From contig JALDZS010000014.1 of the NCBI GenBank assembly GCA_022813965.1, positions 1 to 64,000 of the forward strand: a DNA stretch of 64,000 nt, read 5' to 3'. Below the pieces are notes generated by a model. That model searched no databases. It was not told the origin of the DNA and saw only the letters and a list, made by a program, of their open reading frames with translations. How positions within the stretch are numbered: the first letter of the stretch is position 1; each line of letters begins with the position of its first letter. The stretch is from Toensbergia leucococca. Taxonomy: Eukaryota. Both the position numbers and the translations under genes were made by a program. Below, piece after piece: positions 12,763-25,715 of this stretch.

Positions 12763-15315
12763 GTTGCCAATCTTCAATCTGCTCAAGAGCGCAGATAGCT
12801 TGTGCTTCTGTACTTGAACAAAGCGTACGGAAATGAAGCGTCCTCGTCTGTTGACAATGTAGACTTCAGGCTGCGCTAGAACGGGAGTTGTCGGTCTTCC
12901 TCCACTGTACAACGCGATTTCGTCATCAACAAGCGGGTAAAAGAGATAGTTGGACAGTGTCAAACTATGCCATGTCTCCAAGCACGCACCCACTGCCTCT
13001 AATCCAAAGGAAAAAGTTGACTCGGCAGTACGCAGTCGGTGCCAGGTGTAGAGTGAAGGTTGCAGCAGTGAGCTGGCGGTCGAAGCGAGAGCTGCTTATC
13101 GGGCGGTCCGGGAATAGAATAGCGGACTCGGCGACGACGGAGGGTTTCTCGGCGTACGCTAGAAATGAAAGAAACCACAGCGAAGGCTGCTAATGGTGAA
13201 CAACGTAGGTAGTACAAATCGGTGCTGACATCGACCAGTCCCAGTGATGATAAATAGAGGATAATAGCCCACGGACCGTTTCCCGCTTCCGTTCCCTTTC
13301 GAGCCTTGTTTAAATCTTTGGGGGCGGCTTTAACCGAACCTGGTCTCATTCGAGATTTAGGCCGAGGGGCCTTCTTTTCTCAGCCTCATTGTTCCCGACG
13401 TAACATCGCAAACTCGTACCTTACCTTGGTATGATACTTCATAGATACTTTACAGTGTTTTGGAACGGGGCAACATTGAAGAGCCAGCTAAGGTATCTAC
13501 TGACATGTTGTTTACGGTTTGTAGAGCTGATACCATTTGCCCACTCATGTATCCACAACTCCACCTTCCCTGGCGTTGGCTTGAAAATGTGATCGAAAAC
13601 CAACAGTCATAGGTTCAGCTATGATCATATGGCGTTCCTGGGGTTCTAATCTGCGTATAGTGAAGTCTAATGGTACCTACAGTCAGAAAGACCATGGTCG
13701 CTAGTATTAACGTTTTAATCGCTGATGGACCCGAGAACCTGAAGACATTTTTTGGACCTACCAGCCACAAATCAAAAGCATAGCTTGTCAAATCTTTCTC
13801 TCATCGCCAGTGTCATCAATCTCCCATTCAACTTGAACGCAAAGATCAACTACATCTTTCTCAGACTATACTCATGCTGCCCTGTGTGTATTCGGCAGAC
13901 CTGACTAGCAGCTCCATGCAGGACGCTTAATCAAGATTTAAGCAGTGCTGGACAACGTTATGCTCGTTCTATTCGTATCGGACACAAGAGGCCCAATCCC
14001 GGATCGGTCCAAAGAAGCTGAGACTGCCTACGAACCAGCTTCGGCTTTAGTGTTTTCGTAAAAGTCCGAGGAGGAGCAAGCTTGGCAGTAGGAGGCTGGC
14101 CGTCCTGGCAATCGTCTAGGATTAGCCAGTATTGTCGGATTGAGTAGCCTTGATACCCTCTTTAGTGGCGGTATTCAAACTTCACGGCTTACACGTTGGC
14201 TTTCCAGATCTGTCAACCTATGTCTAAGCTTGAGTTACCTTGTCCTTCATGAGTTAACCTAGAGTCAGTGGTATGAAAGACTTTGCGACCGGATGGTCCC
14301 AATCGAGCAACTATATTGCCTAAAGTAATCATATTTATACGCTTGCTGGAAAGTCCTAGGCAATGTCGCTGCCTGAAAGGGCCTACTAGCAGAGAACTGG
14401 TTGTGGGAACGACTTAATTTGAATCAAATGGTCATTCCTAGGATAATAAAACAAGAAAATCGGTGAACTTGAACCATTTTCATATCTAGACTTGGAAACG
14501 CAAAATACGGATGTCGACCTCATTTTCCCTCGCTCTAAGACATTGACTATGAGAAGAGAAGTGTTCGACAGAACGTATTGAGAAATATAACAAGCATTGT
14601 CAGAATGAGGCCATATGGCCGAGTTCGTCTCGAGGTCTACACCGCTAATACGACGGATACACGGACTAATTTGAAAAACTCTGCATAGCACGCCACAATA
14701 TGATAAAGTATAAGGTACTCCGTATGATGAAGCACAATTATGAAACATTCCCCACCATGCAAATATGCAATGGCCTAACTGCGGCGTGCCTTGGACAGAG
14801 CGGTTTCAAAATTATCCAGCGAGCCAGGCTCGAGGCTATGCACTCACTACCTTAATCTAGACCATGTTGGTTGTTGGTCTCCGAAGCTACCATCACGCCG
14901 CGCACGAACATTAAACACGCCAACACCAGGGCACGCGACTTTGACGCAACCGACAGCCTGAGCCTCTACATTAGTCAATATGCATTATGCACCATGGTCC
15001 GCGCTGAGATTTATATAGCTTGCTCAATGCGGCAACGCTTTCTTCAGACGCTGTTATTATGATGAGAAAGAAAGAAGCAGAGGGCTGTGTTTTGGTAGAT
15101 GTCGAGTACTCTGTGCAAATATATAGTCGAGATGCTCCATGACTTTCTCTCCACACTGTGCCAAATTCTTCGTTATACATAACTGAATTTGCAGTCTTTA
15201 CATTTTCTATCAGTGCCTACCCAGCGAAGCAACCCATTCTTTGCCAACACTGAATCCGCATCTCACACTCCCTAAAATTACCCAATTTCGATACTTTCAT
15301 CTACTCATCGCCAAC

Positions 15316-15596
15316 ATGTTCAAAACAGGCCCTATTATCCTTTTCGTTCTCATTCAGCTCTCCATCTCAGGTATATATATCCCAATACCACTAATGCTTT
15401 CATTTCTCTTACTCTGATTTCTGTACCAGCTTTGGCGATGCCAGTCGGTACTTTTAGTCTTGGAGAACGATATCCCGATCCAGATGCGATTGCCGGTACC
15501 GTTCACAGCGTCGGGCCCTGTGCTATGGTCGAGTCGTTGGAGAGCGACTGCGATACGAAGGGAATAGTTGGTATTCCTGTGAGGTCGATTGATTGA
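15316..15596 (+). CDS. Small secreted prepropeptide, 73 aa (intron 15371-15429); absent from the ORF track
   Basis: CCAAC-ATG start; a 59-nt GTATAT...CTAAT...CAG intron joins in frame to give MFKTGPIILFVLIQLSISALAMPVGTFSLGERYPDPDAIAGTVHSVGPCAMVESLESDCDTKGIVGIPVRSID*. Has a signal-peptide-like N-terminus. Confidence 0.68.
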
Positions 15597-16909
15597 GAGG
15601 CTCTTTCTTCGGAGCATTTCCTTCAGTGATGACGCTCTATTTGTAAGGTGTGGTGTGGGAAACGGCGGCTGTGAAGAGGGACGATGGCAATTGCTGTGGT
15701 GATTGAAAGCTGGGTATGACAAACGCAAGTCAAATGGTCTGGCACAAAATTCTGAATTCCAAGTTGATGTTCTTGTATAGAGAATAGATATGTAAATAAT
15801 TGGTGCTTTCAAAAAGTACGGTCTTTATTTTCTAGCATTCAAGTTGATCTTCATGCCACTCATGCCTTCCCCAACTTGTGTGAACCTCTTTTACAAAAGT
15901 CTCGCCAGAGGGAAATCTCCCCGCAAAATGCAACAAAACCAGTAATAGAGCGCGACGCGTCTTCATTTTCAATCATTTCACGACATGACGCTTTCGAAGT
16001 CTTTGAAAATTGAGATTTTTCGACTACTCTTCTTGTGTAATTTGGGGAAGATGAGGAAACCAATACGAATGGTACATTGCTGCTCATGAATTTAGTGAGC
16101 CTTTGTGATTCAAAGTCAAATGCTGAACGCGCTTTCTGGGGCTTTTTGCGAGGGGGTCAGTTTGGGTGAATGATCAAGAAGGTCCTTGATGGTTGCGTAT
16201 AGTCTGAAGGATTTCCGTCACAATGAATTGTGACAGTGAGTGGCATTTACCTGGGCTTTTGCGTCAAGGAAATGATGAGGAAGACATACGAATCGTGTAG
16301 AGGTAGATCGCGACGTGAAGTTGACAATTCCTTCGGGATAGTTAGCCTCGCCTGTCCCGAATCTGATTTGCTGCTGCCACGCCCCGAAACCATACCAAGC
16401 CTTTCCCCAACCTCCTCAAAGCGCCCTAGGCCACTCACTGAAGGCCATCACGTTGAAGCCTGAGGACACGACCGCGCAATATTCGTGATCTTCTACTGCA
16501 ACGTCCGCTTTTCTTCTCTTTAGATCGTCTTCCACGACCATCTTTATACACACACTTGAAGATGTGACTCACACTCGCGTTTGTTTGTTCTTAGGCGCGC
16601 TCAATCATGGCATTCCTTATGTTTAAACGGATGCCTCGAGTTCCTGAGGTATCCAAAAGTCAATTGTTCGACGAAGAATTCTACCTGTGATGATTCAATT
16701 GATTCCTGTCTTTCAATTTTAAGCATCTCAAGACTTCTTTTCAATATAGCGCATTGACTAATCCTTGTCTATCTTCTGTGTGAAATCGCATGGTATTGGT
16801 GGAGAAATCTCGGAAACATTGTATGTAGCTCCTTGGGGAAGCTTACCATGGTTATATCTAATCTCCTCCTGCAAGTCAATCCCATCACTGAACGACATGC
16901 TTTGTCCGG

Positions 16910-18268
16910 ATGTCTCCTGCTTCAGTCTTTCTCGAGTTTTGGTGGACCCAACAAACCAGAAACACGTTCCTTTCTTACCTCCCAAGAACCGAACTTGCTT
17001 CCTTCCGTCTTGCTTGTCATGACTTCAGTCTCCGAGCTGCGCCACTGCTTTTCGAGGAGATAACTATTACCTTCCGAGCAAGTACCTTCTCCAAACCGGC
17101 GCGCATGGCTGCCTTGGACCGGATAGGTCATCATGTCCAAACCCTCACTTTCAGTATGCCTCACACGCCTGACACTTTTCTGCCGCCTCTGTTAGATCCA
17201 GTGACTGGCGAAGAGATTACATTCAACTACGAGCCGTCCGTTCAGTCAACAAGGGACTCGGCTTCTCGCCTCAGCATCCCTAAGTATGGAAGCTGGGAAA
17301 TGACTGATATGCTGATCAAGCAATACTCCCCTTTATTTCACAGTGCAACCAATATTCCCTCTTTCATTCGCGCATTCTCAGCAGCGATCAACATGAAGCA
17401 CTTGAGAGTTTCATGTCCCGGCCAAGATCCGGCACAACGTTATCGCCGAAGCACGGTAGACTATGCTTTGATCTCTCTGCGGATCGCGGTGGAGCGATCT
17501 AAGCTCTTGTTACTCGATACTCTCTCGCTGATCTCGATTCACCCGGGTGCAACACTATGTCTGAACCCCATTCTTGGATTCGCCGTACTTCCGAACTCAG
17601 CAAAAAGATGGAAGCAAATTCGGAAGCTTGCTATTCATATGGATAGCGTACCATTTACCTCGGAGCTACCAGTGGATCACTTGAAGTTACTGCACTCTTA
17701 CCTCCAACTCTTCGCTACTTCCGTTGAACATTTCACCTTCCGCTGGCTTGGCGCCAAAGGTCCCTGTCCTCTCTCGCTCGGAACTGAATCTTGCCTTGTT
17801 CGAAGCAGCCCAGCTTTGGCGTGCCCTAGAAGATGCCATCTTGCACTTTCCCCTCTTCGATTTCATCAACTCCGGAACATGGAAGTCGAGAACTCTGTTA
17901 TGGATGCCGCACAGATTTCTGGCTTCATAACTAGTCATCGACATACCGTGCAAGAATTCAATTTTGAGAACGTCGCTCTTCGCTCTGGCAGTTGGGATGA
18001 AGCGCTTGCACCTCTTACTAGGATTAGCGGCAGTGAGAAGTGGAAGGACAAAAGCGTAGAGGTTATGGATGTTCCACTCATGCTTAGTCCGGCAGGGCTA
18101 GAAGAAGGGCAGATGGCAAAGGTAAGGCAAGCTAATTCCATGCTGAAAAGGCCAAAGCTATCTCATGGAAGTTGGCAGAGAGCTGGAGCGAGAAGTAGGG
18201 ATCTCTTTTGGGGGACTCCAGAGCATATGCGGAGATTCATGAGAAGTTCTGTTTTTAGCTGGCGATGA
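16910..18268 (+). CDS. Fungal protein with N-terminal F-box-like helix and leucine-rich C-terminal region
   Basis: 452-aa ORF. FLSYLPRTELASFRLACHDFSLRAAPLLFEEITITF resembles the F-box C-terminal pattern. The 5' end is uncertain. Confidence 0.7.
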   Translation: MSPASVFLEFWWTQQTRNTFLSYLPRTELASFRLACHDFSLRAAPLLFEEITITFRASTFSKPARMAALDRIGHHVQTLTFSMPHTPDTFLPPLLDPVTGEEITFNYEPSVQSTRDSASRLSIPKYGSWEMTDMLIKQYSPLFHSATNIPSFIRAFSAAINMKHLRVSCPGQDPAQRYRRSTVDYALISLRIAVERSKLLLLDTLSLISIHPGATLCLNPILGFAVLPNSAKRWKQIRKLAIHMDSVPFTSELPVDHLKLLHSYLQLFATSVEHFTFRWLGAKGPCPLSLGTESCLVRSSPALACPRRCHLALSPLRFHQLRNMEVENSVMDAAQISGFITSHRHTVQEFNFENVALRSGSWDEALAPLTRISGSEKWKDKSVEVMDVPLMLSPAGLEEGQMAKVRQANSMLKRPKLSHGSWQRAGARSRDLFWGTPEHMRRFMRSSVFSWR

Positions 18269-18675
18269 AGTTGTAGCGGCGTCTGGCGTAGGTGCCTTTT
18301 GGAGCGACGAGTGTAAATGAAGCTATTTGCATTTTGTCATACATGTCTATCTGAAGTATCAAATCAGATTTAATCATGGATATTGGGTGCCAGATGATGA
18401 GCCAGTAGAGTATGAAGAACTGAGCTCGGCAATCATCCAAACATTAAACAATGACCGAGCGCATCGTCAGTCACATGCTTTGCACTTTGTGATCTTCGTC
18501 ACCTCATGCTTAGGTTGTAACCTCACCATTAGATCCCTAGCTTCCAAACACTCGGCTTCTATTTCTATCTAATCCTCCTTGTATTTCCTTCCCATTCACC
18601 ACTCAGACTACTCTACTCGCCCAGCCCTGCTAACATCATTTGCATAGAAGGGTGTTGCAACAAGTCATTCTCATT

Positions 18676-19255
18676 ATGTCTCTCAAAAACGGTATGTTAC
18701 CTCGAAATCCATAGTATACATCCGCTGACAGCATTGTTGTTTCGAATAGATGCGTTTCCTTCCTCAGCAGCCTTTGATGCTATTAGTAGCTCGTTGTCTG
18801 ACGACGCCGAACGAAAAGACGCTATAAAGAAAGGCAATGCCCTGTTTGCCTTCATTCTCAAGAACAAAGCAGGGCAGACAGACAGTTGGTACATTGATCT
18901 CAAGGAGAAGGGCGAAGTGGCCAAGGGCGAGGCGCCGAGCGGCAAGACTGCAGATGGTAAGTTTGATGGACACCTTAGACTGCAGCTACCGTGATGGCAC
19001 ATCCAATAAATTCTTTACGAGGACATCTACGAATGACCTCTTCGGGAACAACTTCGATATGGAAAAGCGACGGCTAATTGCAAGGTCATAGTCACGCTAT
19101 CGCTATCCGATGACGACTTCAGCAAGCTTGTTAGTGGCAAGACACAGGCACAACGGTTGTTCATGTCAGGGAAATTGAAGGTCAAGGGAGATGTGATGAA
19201 GGCTACGAAGGCGGAGCCAATATTGAAGAAAGCCCAAACGAAGGCAAAAATATAG
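18676..19255 (+). CDS. SCP2 sterol/fatty-acid-binding protein, POX18/PXP-18-like, probably peroxisomal (introns 18692-18749, 18957-19091)
   Basis: Spliced: MSLKNDAFPSSAAFDAI...SWYIDLKEKG...[40 protein letters not shown]...KAKI*. [12 protein letters not shown] is the SCP2 signature; C-terminal AKI is PTS1-like. Confidence 0.92.
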
Positions 19256-19831
19256 ACGACTATCCTAGTGCAGGCTCTCGAATTTTGCACTCTTGCCCTG
19301 ACTCGAGCGACCCCCAGAGTGTTCTGTCATGATCTTTGAGAATTGAAATCCCCATAATACAAAGTTCATCTCTCTCCATAATTGTGAAAGTTACACCAAA
19401 TAATGATGTTTTCCGTCGACATCTGTAGCAGATTCTTCCTATGTCGGCGAACACATGGCCCCTGTAGATCTGCACGTGACGAGGTACGGAGACTTGATGT
19501 GTTCTAAGGAGGAATTCGCTTGATCCATCAGCCAGACCATCGACGACACCATCTCACACCGATACAATCCGGCTGGACCTGTTCTCTCCCCTCAGTCGCG
19601 CTGGACGAAGTGGCTCTTGATGGATCGACACAAAAAAATCCAGTGCAGATTGTGACTCGCTCATTCCGGATGCGGCTTTCTCTGACGTTTTCGCGACTTC
19701 TCGACTCTTCTGGTTCCTTGCCGTAAACATCTTCGCTGTCGTCGAAGGAGTCGTGCCATTCAGTCGCTGATTTTTCCAAAAGTGTCTTGTGATACGGTCG
19801 GTCGCGCAGCTTTTCACGCAGCTGCTCTGTA

Positions 19832-22800
19832 ATGGCCAAACGCCCTGCCGACACGCAAATGAGTAGCGAAGGAGGGTTCAATGGGGACGGTACGAATACA
19901 GGAGCACAGGTGGAAGCTCCTAAGTCTACAGCTGCTCAGATTGCTAGCCGAAAGTAAGTGGTGTTGTATACCTTACCTTATTCTTATTGTGGTCCCAGTG
20001 AACTATCACAAAACTCATTCACTCAAATTATCAACTCTTTCGCAACCCACAAAACACAACTCCTCATCTCTCGCACTTCAATAACCGCTCACCTTCTCGT
20101 ACTTTACGTCTACGTATCCCGAAAGCCCCTCTTTATGAGTTATAATCATAGTATTGCCAGATTCTCGATCTTTAATAACACCATGGGTAGAATCCTTCGA
20201 GCGAGAGGTCGTCTAGGAGGTTCGCCGCGTCCACTGCCAGCCAACAATTCGAGAGCTCAACAGTCACTCCCGTCACCCTTTGGCAATGTCGATCCGAACA
20301 CTGTCAACGGCACACAGCAGAATTCCCAGCAAGGTGGATTCGGCTTTGGCCAGCAAGCTAGCGGAGCATCGCAAAGTTTTGGCCAGAGCAACACAAACAG
20401 CATTCAACAATCGACATTGCAGAGCGCGTCCTTTCCTCCCTTTGGTACTAGCAGTAATACCGGCTTTCAATCTCAGATATCTGCTCCATCTAGCAATGCG
20501 TTTAATTTTGCTTCCGGACAAGCAGGCATATTGAACAACCCTTTCGCAGCTTCTGGCAACACAAGTGGCGAGGGTGACGTTCCTGCAACATCATTTGGTG
20601 GATACCAAGGTAGTATCTTCAACATCCCTCCACAAGACCCGCCAGCTCCACCCGCTACCTCAGGTAACGGATCTAATGGGGAAACTCATTCTATCTTTGG
20701 ACGGTCAGCGAGTCAGTCGCAGCCGAGTCAACCGATGGCCAATATTTTTGGACAATCAAGTCCTTCACTCCAAGCGAGTACCAATGTATTTGGGCAAACA
20801 AATTCTCGCAACCAACCTCCAAGCTCGTTTTTCGCAAAGTCGGTCCCTCAGCCAGAATCGATGTCTAATAATTTTGGACTGTCTAATGCACAGAGTCAAT
20901 CATCTGGAAGTATCTTTGGAATGTCAGCAGCTCAACCGCAAACAACGTCGAATATTTTTGGACACCTCGCGCCTCCCAGTCAGACATCTAGCAACCCCTT
21001 TGGCCCGTCAGCGAACCAGCCGCAAACCACTACTGGTATCTTTGGACAGCCGGATCTTCAGAGTCAGCCTTTGATTCAGGAAAAGCAGTCTAATACGGAT
21101 AACGTTCAGAATGACGACAGCATGATGGTTTCTCCAGAGAAATCAGTACAGTCCCAGACCAGTTACAAGCAACCAGGTCCTTTTGCATTTCTGAATTCCG
21201 ATGGTCCATCATCCATTGAAAGGAACGCCATTCAAAGTCAAGGACTCGATACCTCCGACAGCATTACGCGGACGCCGCTTAGCTTGTCAAATTCAGCCAC
21301 AAACGGACAAAATGCTGCTGTGGTCAACGACACAAAGACAAAAAGCCCGTTTGTCCACTATGGAGAAGATGCTGAGCAACCTGAGGATTTTGTGCTGGGG
21401 GTCTTACCTAATAGCATAGGTGGATCCCGAACTGAGGAGAAACCTCGTACGAAAATCGGCAGGAAGATCGCTAGGCCAAAAGGTGTCTTGACTCCTGAAG
21501 CAAATTCTTCTGTCGGCGAGCCAGTCTCCACGGCTTCAGTCTTGACGCCACTTTCCACTCCGGTAGCCCAATCGGTACGAGGCCCAAACCCGTTCGCTAC
21601 TTTGAAATCAAAGCAGAAGCCAGACCAACCGCCAGCCACTGCGCCTCCAGTCAGATCATCGCAGGGTACCTCGCAGGCTTCTCGAGTCCAAAAAAATACT
21701 AAAATCCCAAGAAAAGGTCTTGCAACTTCTCGTACCGCCAGCGCAGCCAGAAAGTCGACCACGATACATAACACGGAGCAGATTTTGTCTAAAATTGAAC
21801 AGTCATTACCAGCAGATTTTACTGACTTGGAAAGACGACAAGTAGTCACTGCTTATCAGCTCCAGGCTCTCGATGCAAATTTGAGGAAGCATATCCTTGA
21901 ATCGAAGGCTTTCTTCCCAGTATCCGACGATGTCTTCGATTTTTATATGCAGCAGAAAGAGGCGATTCTCAGTGCTGCCACCAATAGAGTATCGGTAGAA
22001 GATGGAACTGGTAATGAAATCAATACAAAAGGCAAGAGGGCCAGAATAGACACAAAACTTCGTGGGCCCAAGCATAGGCCAACGACTCAGAAGGCGCTCT
22101 CAAATGGGCCTCTGGAAAACGACAATGGTGTGCCACAGTCGTCCACTGGCTTGTCTACCCCGGCTAGTCAAGCGCAGGGCGCAAAAAGAAAAGCAGACGA
22201 ACCCCTCACTAAAGACAATGCAAACGGTGTTCCTGATGGGGCAAAGAAATCTCGCGGTAATGATCAGGTTTCATACCCATCGCTTCCTTCTCCTTCGAAT
22301 GGCTCTAAAACCTCGAACATCTTCAAAAACATTATTGGCGAGACGGGAGATGACTCGTCAGCTGAGCGGTCGAGTTCCGAATCTAATGGTGGGATCAACA
22401 TCAAGTCGTCACAAAATACTGATACTTGGAGCTCTTCGCACTCGTCGGCCACACCGAAAATTACTACTCAAGAACACTCGTTTCCGACGTCGGATTTATT
22501 TCAACCCAAAACATTGGCCCCGTTGTCTAGCAACTCTGACGAGTTAGGTTCATCTACTGCGCCGCTAAGTCCACTTCCGTCCATCTCAACGACTCAAACG
22601 AATACCCCATACTCAGCTTTTTCCAATGCCACTGCCATGTCCAACAAGCTCACCACTAATGTCCCGGCTTCTCTGCCAGCCCCCAAGTCTCAGCAACTGT
22701 ACGTATCGACGTTGTCCTCCAGTGCGAATTCTACTTCTGCAAGTCCCTTCTCTATCAAAACTCCCATGCCATCATCTGGTGCAGTCGATTCTCCATCGTT

Positions 22801-24688
22801 CAAAGTGCCGACCTTCGGCGCTGGTGCCCCTTCGAACTTTCTGTCACAATTTGGCAAGGCTGCGAAAGAGAGCGCTGAGAAAGAGAAAGCGAAGCGCAAG
22901 GCCGAGAACTTCGATTCGGATGAAGACGATGAGGCCGAATGGGAACGTAAAGACGCCGAGGAGCAGCGGATGAAGAAGCAAAGAGTCGAACAAGCTACCA
23001 AAGGCACAACAGGAACAGCAACATTTGTACCTGGCAAAGGTTTTCTTCTAGTCAATGCAGATGGTGGAAAAGGTGAGGTTAATCATTCTAGTGGACTGAA
23101 GAGTAGATCTGGTCCTGTGGATGCTCGAGCTATCTCCGCTAAAGTCTCGCCAAATTCTACAGCGAATACAGGCACAAGTATTTTTGACAATCCGAAGCAG
23201 CAAGGCCTTAAGGACCCGTTGAGTTATAACATATTTAGCCATTTGTCAGATAATGAATCTGGTGCTGAAAGTGGCAAAAATGACGATGCTGAAGACGAGG
23301 TTACTAGATCCGAGCAGGAGGGGAATTACGATGATGAAGAGGATCTCCACAGCAAGCAACCGAGCGATGGAGCTAGGTATGAAAAGACTAAAGATCTAAG
23401 ATTTCAGGGCAGCAGTAATCCTGTTGCATCATCCTCTTTCGCCACTGAGGAGAGAGCAAATTTCTCACAAGAGCCAACAAACAAGGCCCAATCTTCGGGA
23501 CGGAGTCTCTTTGATCGGATCTCACTGGATGAGGACGGTATTCCCGTCAGAGAAATTCCACCTGCTAATAAGACGGATGTGGATGTTCCTTTGAATTTAG
23601 GCTCATCCCAGGGCAACAGTAATATATTTGGACAGGCAAATCAAAATGCCGGAAGCATTTTTGATCGAGTGTCATCAAGTACTGCTAGTAGTAGTATCCC
23701 CATTACACCGACTTCATCTACTACGGGTTCTACCCTCTTCGGCAAGGCCTCTATTGGGAGTAATATCTTTGGCAACCTGTCTTCGTTTACCCCTAGCTCT
23801 AATATTTTCGGAAGCGCTCCTCCTGAATCTACACCTGAAAAGGCAATACGCAGCCTTAACGGGAGTCCTGGAGGCGATCAAACTTGGAAGCAAGACAGCC
23901 CTATCAAATTCGCTAGCTCATCAAGTATACCTAGCACAAGTATCACTGCGCCCACGCCAGCAAAGACAGATTCCATAGAGCAGAGAAGCAGCCCATCTAC
24001 GCTTGGCGCCCTGTTCGGGTCTAATTTCAATGCCCTGGAACCCGGAGTCAAACCTACAATGACTAGTTTCAATGGTAGTCCTGCCAAATCGGCTAGTGCG
24101 AGCTTCGGATTCGCTTTTGGTGGACCTCCAAAGCCTACCACGGGCTCGTTGGCCCCTCTACTCGATACGAATTCGAATACAACGTCTCGTGCAACTTCAC
24201 CTGGCTCCGTCTTTAGCACCGACGCTGCTAATGACTCACATGCGGAAGGAACAGAAGGAGAAGCAGCAGGCGATCAAGTAGAGCACCACGAGCAACTTGA
24301 CCTTACCGCAGGAGGGCCAGGCGAAGAAGACGAAGACGTTGTCTTCGAGGTCAAAGCAAAGGCCCTGACATACAATAAGGACTATAAGGACAATAAAGAC
24401 AAAAAGGACGAAAAGGGATGGCTCAATAAAGGTCATGGCCCACTTCGTGTCTTGAAGCATCGTGAGACTGGGAAGACACGAATTCTCCTGAGGCAAGATC
24501 CAAGTGGCAGAATAGTCCTCAACGCAGCTTTGATGGGCACAATGAAGTACGAGTACGTCAATCCAAGCGCCGTGAGGATGGGAGTAGCTACAGATGCTGG
24601 AAGTCTAGCCACTTGGACGATCCGAGTGAAGAAAGATGAGGACGCGGTCGAGTTATCACGCATCTTGGAGGTGAACAAATCCAAGTAG
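19832..24688 (+). CDS. NUP2: Nucleoporin Nup2/Nup50-like: N-terminal importin-alpha-binding motif, FG repeats, C-terminal RanBP1 domain (intron 19954-20190)
   Basis: Exon 1 MAKRPADTQ...STAAQIASRK splices to ILRARGR (Nup2/Nup50 N-terminal pattern). Many (N/S)IFG and PFG repeats. C-terminal GEEDEDVVFEVKAKAL...W..KG.GPLRVLKH....KTRILLR...GRIVLN is a RanBP1 domain. Confidence 0.88.
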
Positions 24689-25715
24689 AGATTCCGCTCA
24701 AGGTTCACTGTATGTCGTTTACCTGAACTGTGTTTGCTCTTTTGACCAGCAGCGCTTCTCGTTGTTGGTTCTGGCTGGTATGTAATTCGTACCTCTCCTT
24801 GTTGTCTTATGAAATGAGCATTTTCCGGGCAAAGGTACTTTTCTTTTGTCAATTTTGCATTGATGGAGGAAGACAAAAGGCGCCAAGCATTCTGAGAAGT
24901 GCTGCTCCCCGGTCTCAGTGGCGCACTCTATTAATTTGGCGAAGCATACAGAGATTGAGTCTGGGAAATAGTGTGTTCATGAGCTTGTTTTCAAATTTAC
25001 TGCGATTCATCTTACTTTCCCCTTGTCGTGTACCCAGTCTCAACCCATGCTTCCCGCACCCTTCGGCCTTTTGACGCTATTTCCGAACGTCTTTGGGCCT
25101 GGACAATTGCAAACAGACCTACCCAAATTGCTTGTTGATACTTTTAGAAGGATCAAGACTGTCTGTGACGTGTCTGAGCTCCTCCATTTATTCCATCACT
25201 CACTTCACGATGCTGTAGTGTTTTTGGAGACCGTAGTGTCTCGGTCAAGTGGGAGATTATGTTAAGGGCCTGACTGTGAGTGTCATCGGCCGACTGCTCT
25301 GCCTGCCCTGATGACTTGAGCATGTTGCAAATCCATTGTAATGTACCTAGCATTTCGATTAATGCTCATACATAGAGGATCGCAGGGATCAATTGAAAAG
25401 GTTTTGCAAGTTCAATGGTCCTTGTGATTCAACGTTAGTGTTGATGCATTGTGGTGATTTTGATCCATCTTTGCGCGCCCTTCTTACCCTGGCTTCTAAA
25501 ATGTCTATAATATTTCCCAATGCCCGGCATTGCTTTCAAGAGCTTTTGAGCCCATCCTTGACCTGATCATAATTGTTCCTTCGCCACGCTGACTGTCGGC
25601 CTCATTCTTCACTTCGTTTCGGACCAATCGAAAGCTTGCCTGCACGCCTGCACGCGCCCTTCTGCAACCGCCCCTTTAGCGCCTTTTTGAGTCGTACAGC
25701 GCCCCTTTCGGCATT

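Noticed and set aside
13350..15250. Long gap upstream of SLN1 with coding-like patches
   Set aside because: All frames I read are interrupted, with no identifiable family, repeat or RNA structure.
18957..19091. snoRNA in the long SCP2 intron
   Set aside because: No complete C box (RTGATGA) with D box (CTGA), and no convincing H/ACA hairpins.
24880..25360. Possible degraded gene fragment on the minus strand
   Set aside because: Multiple stops and no motif I can name.
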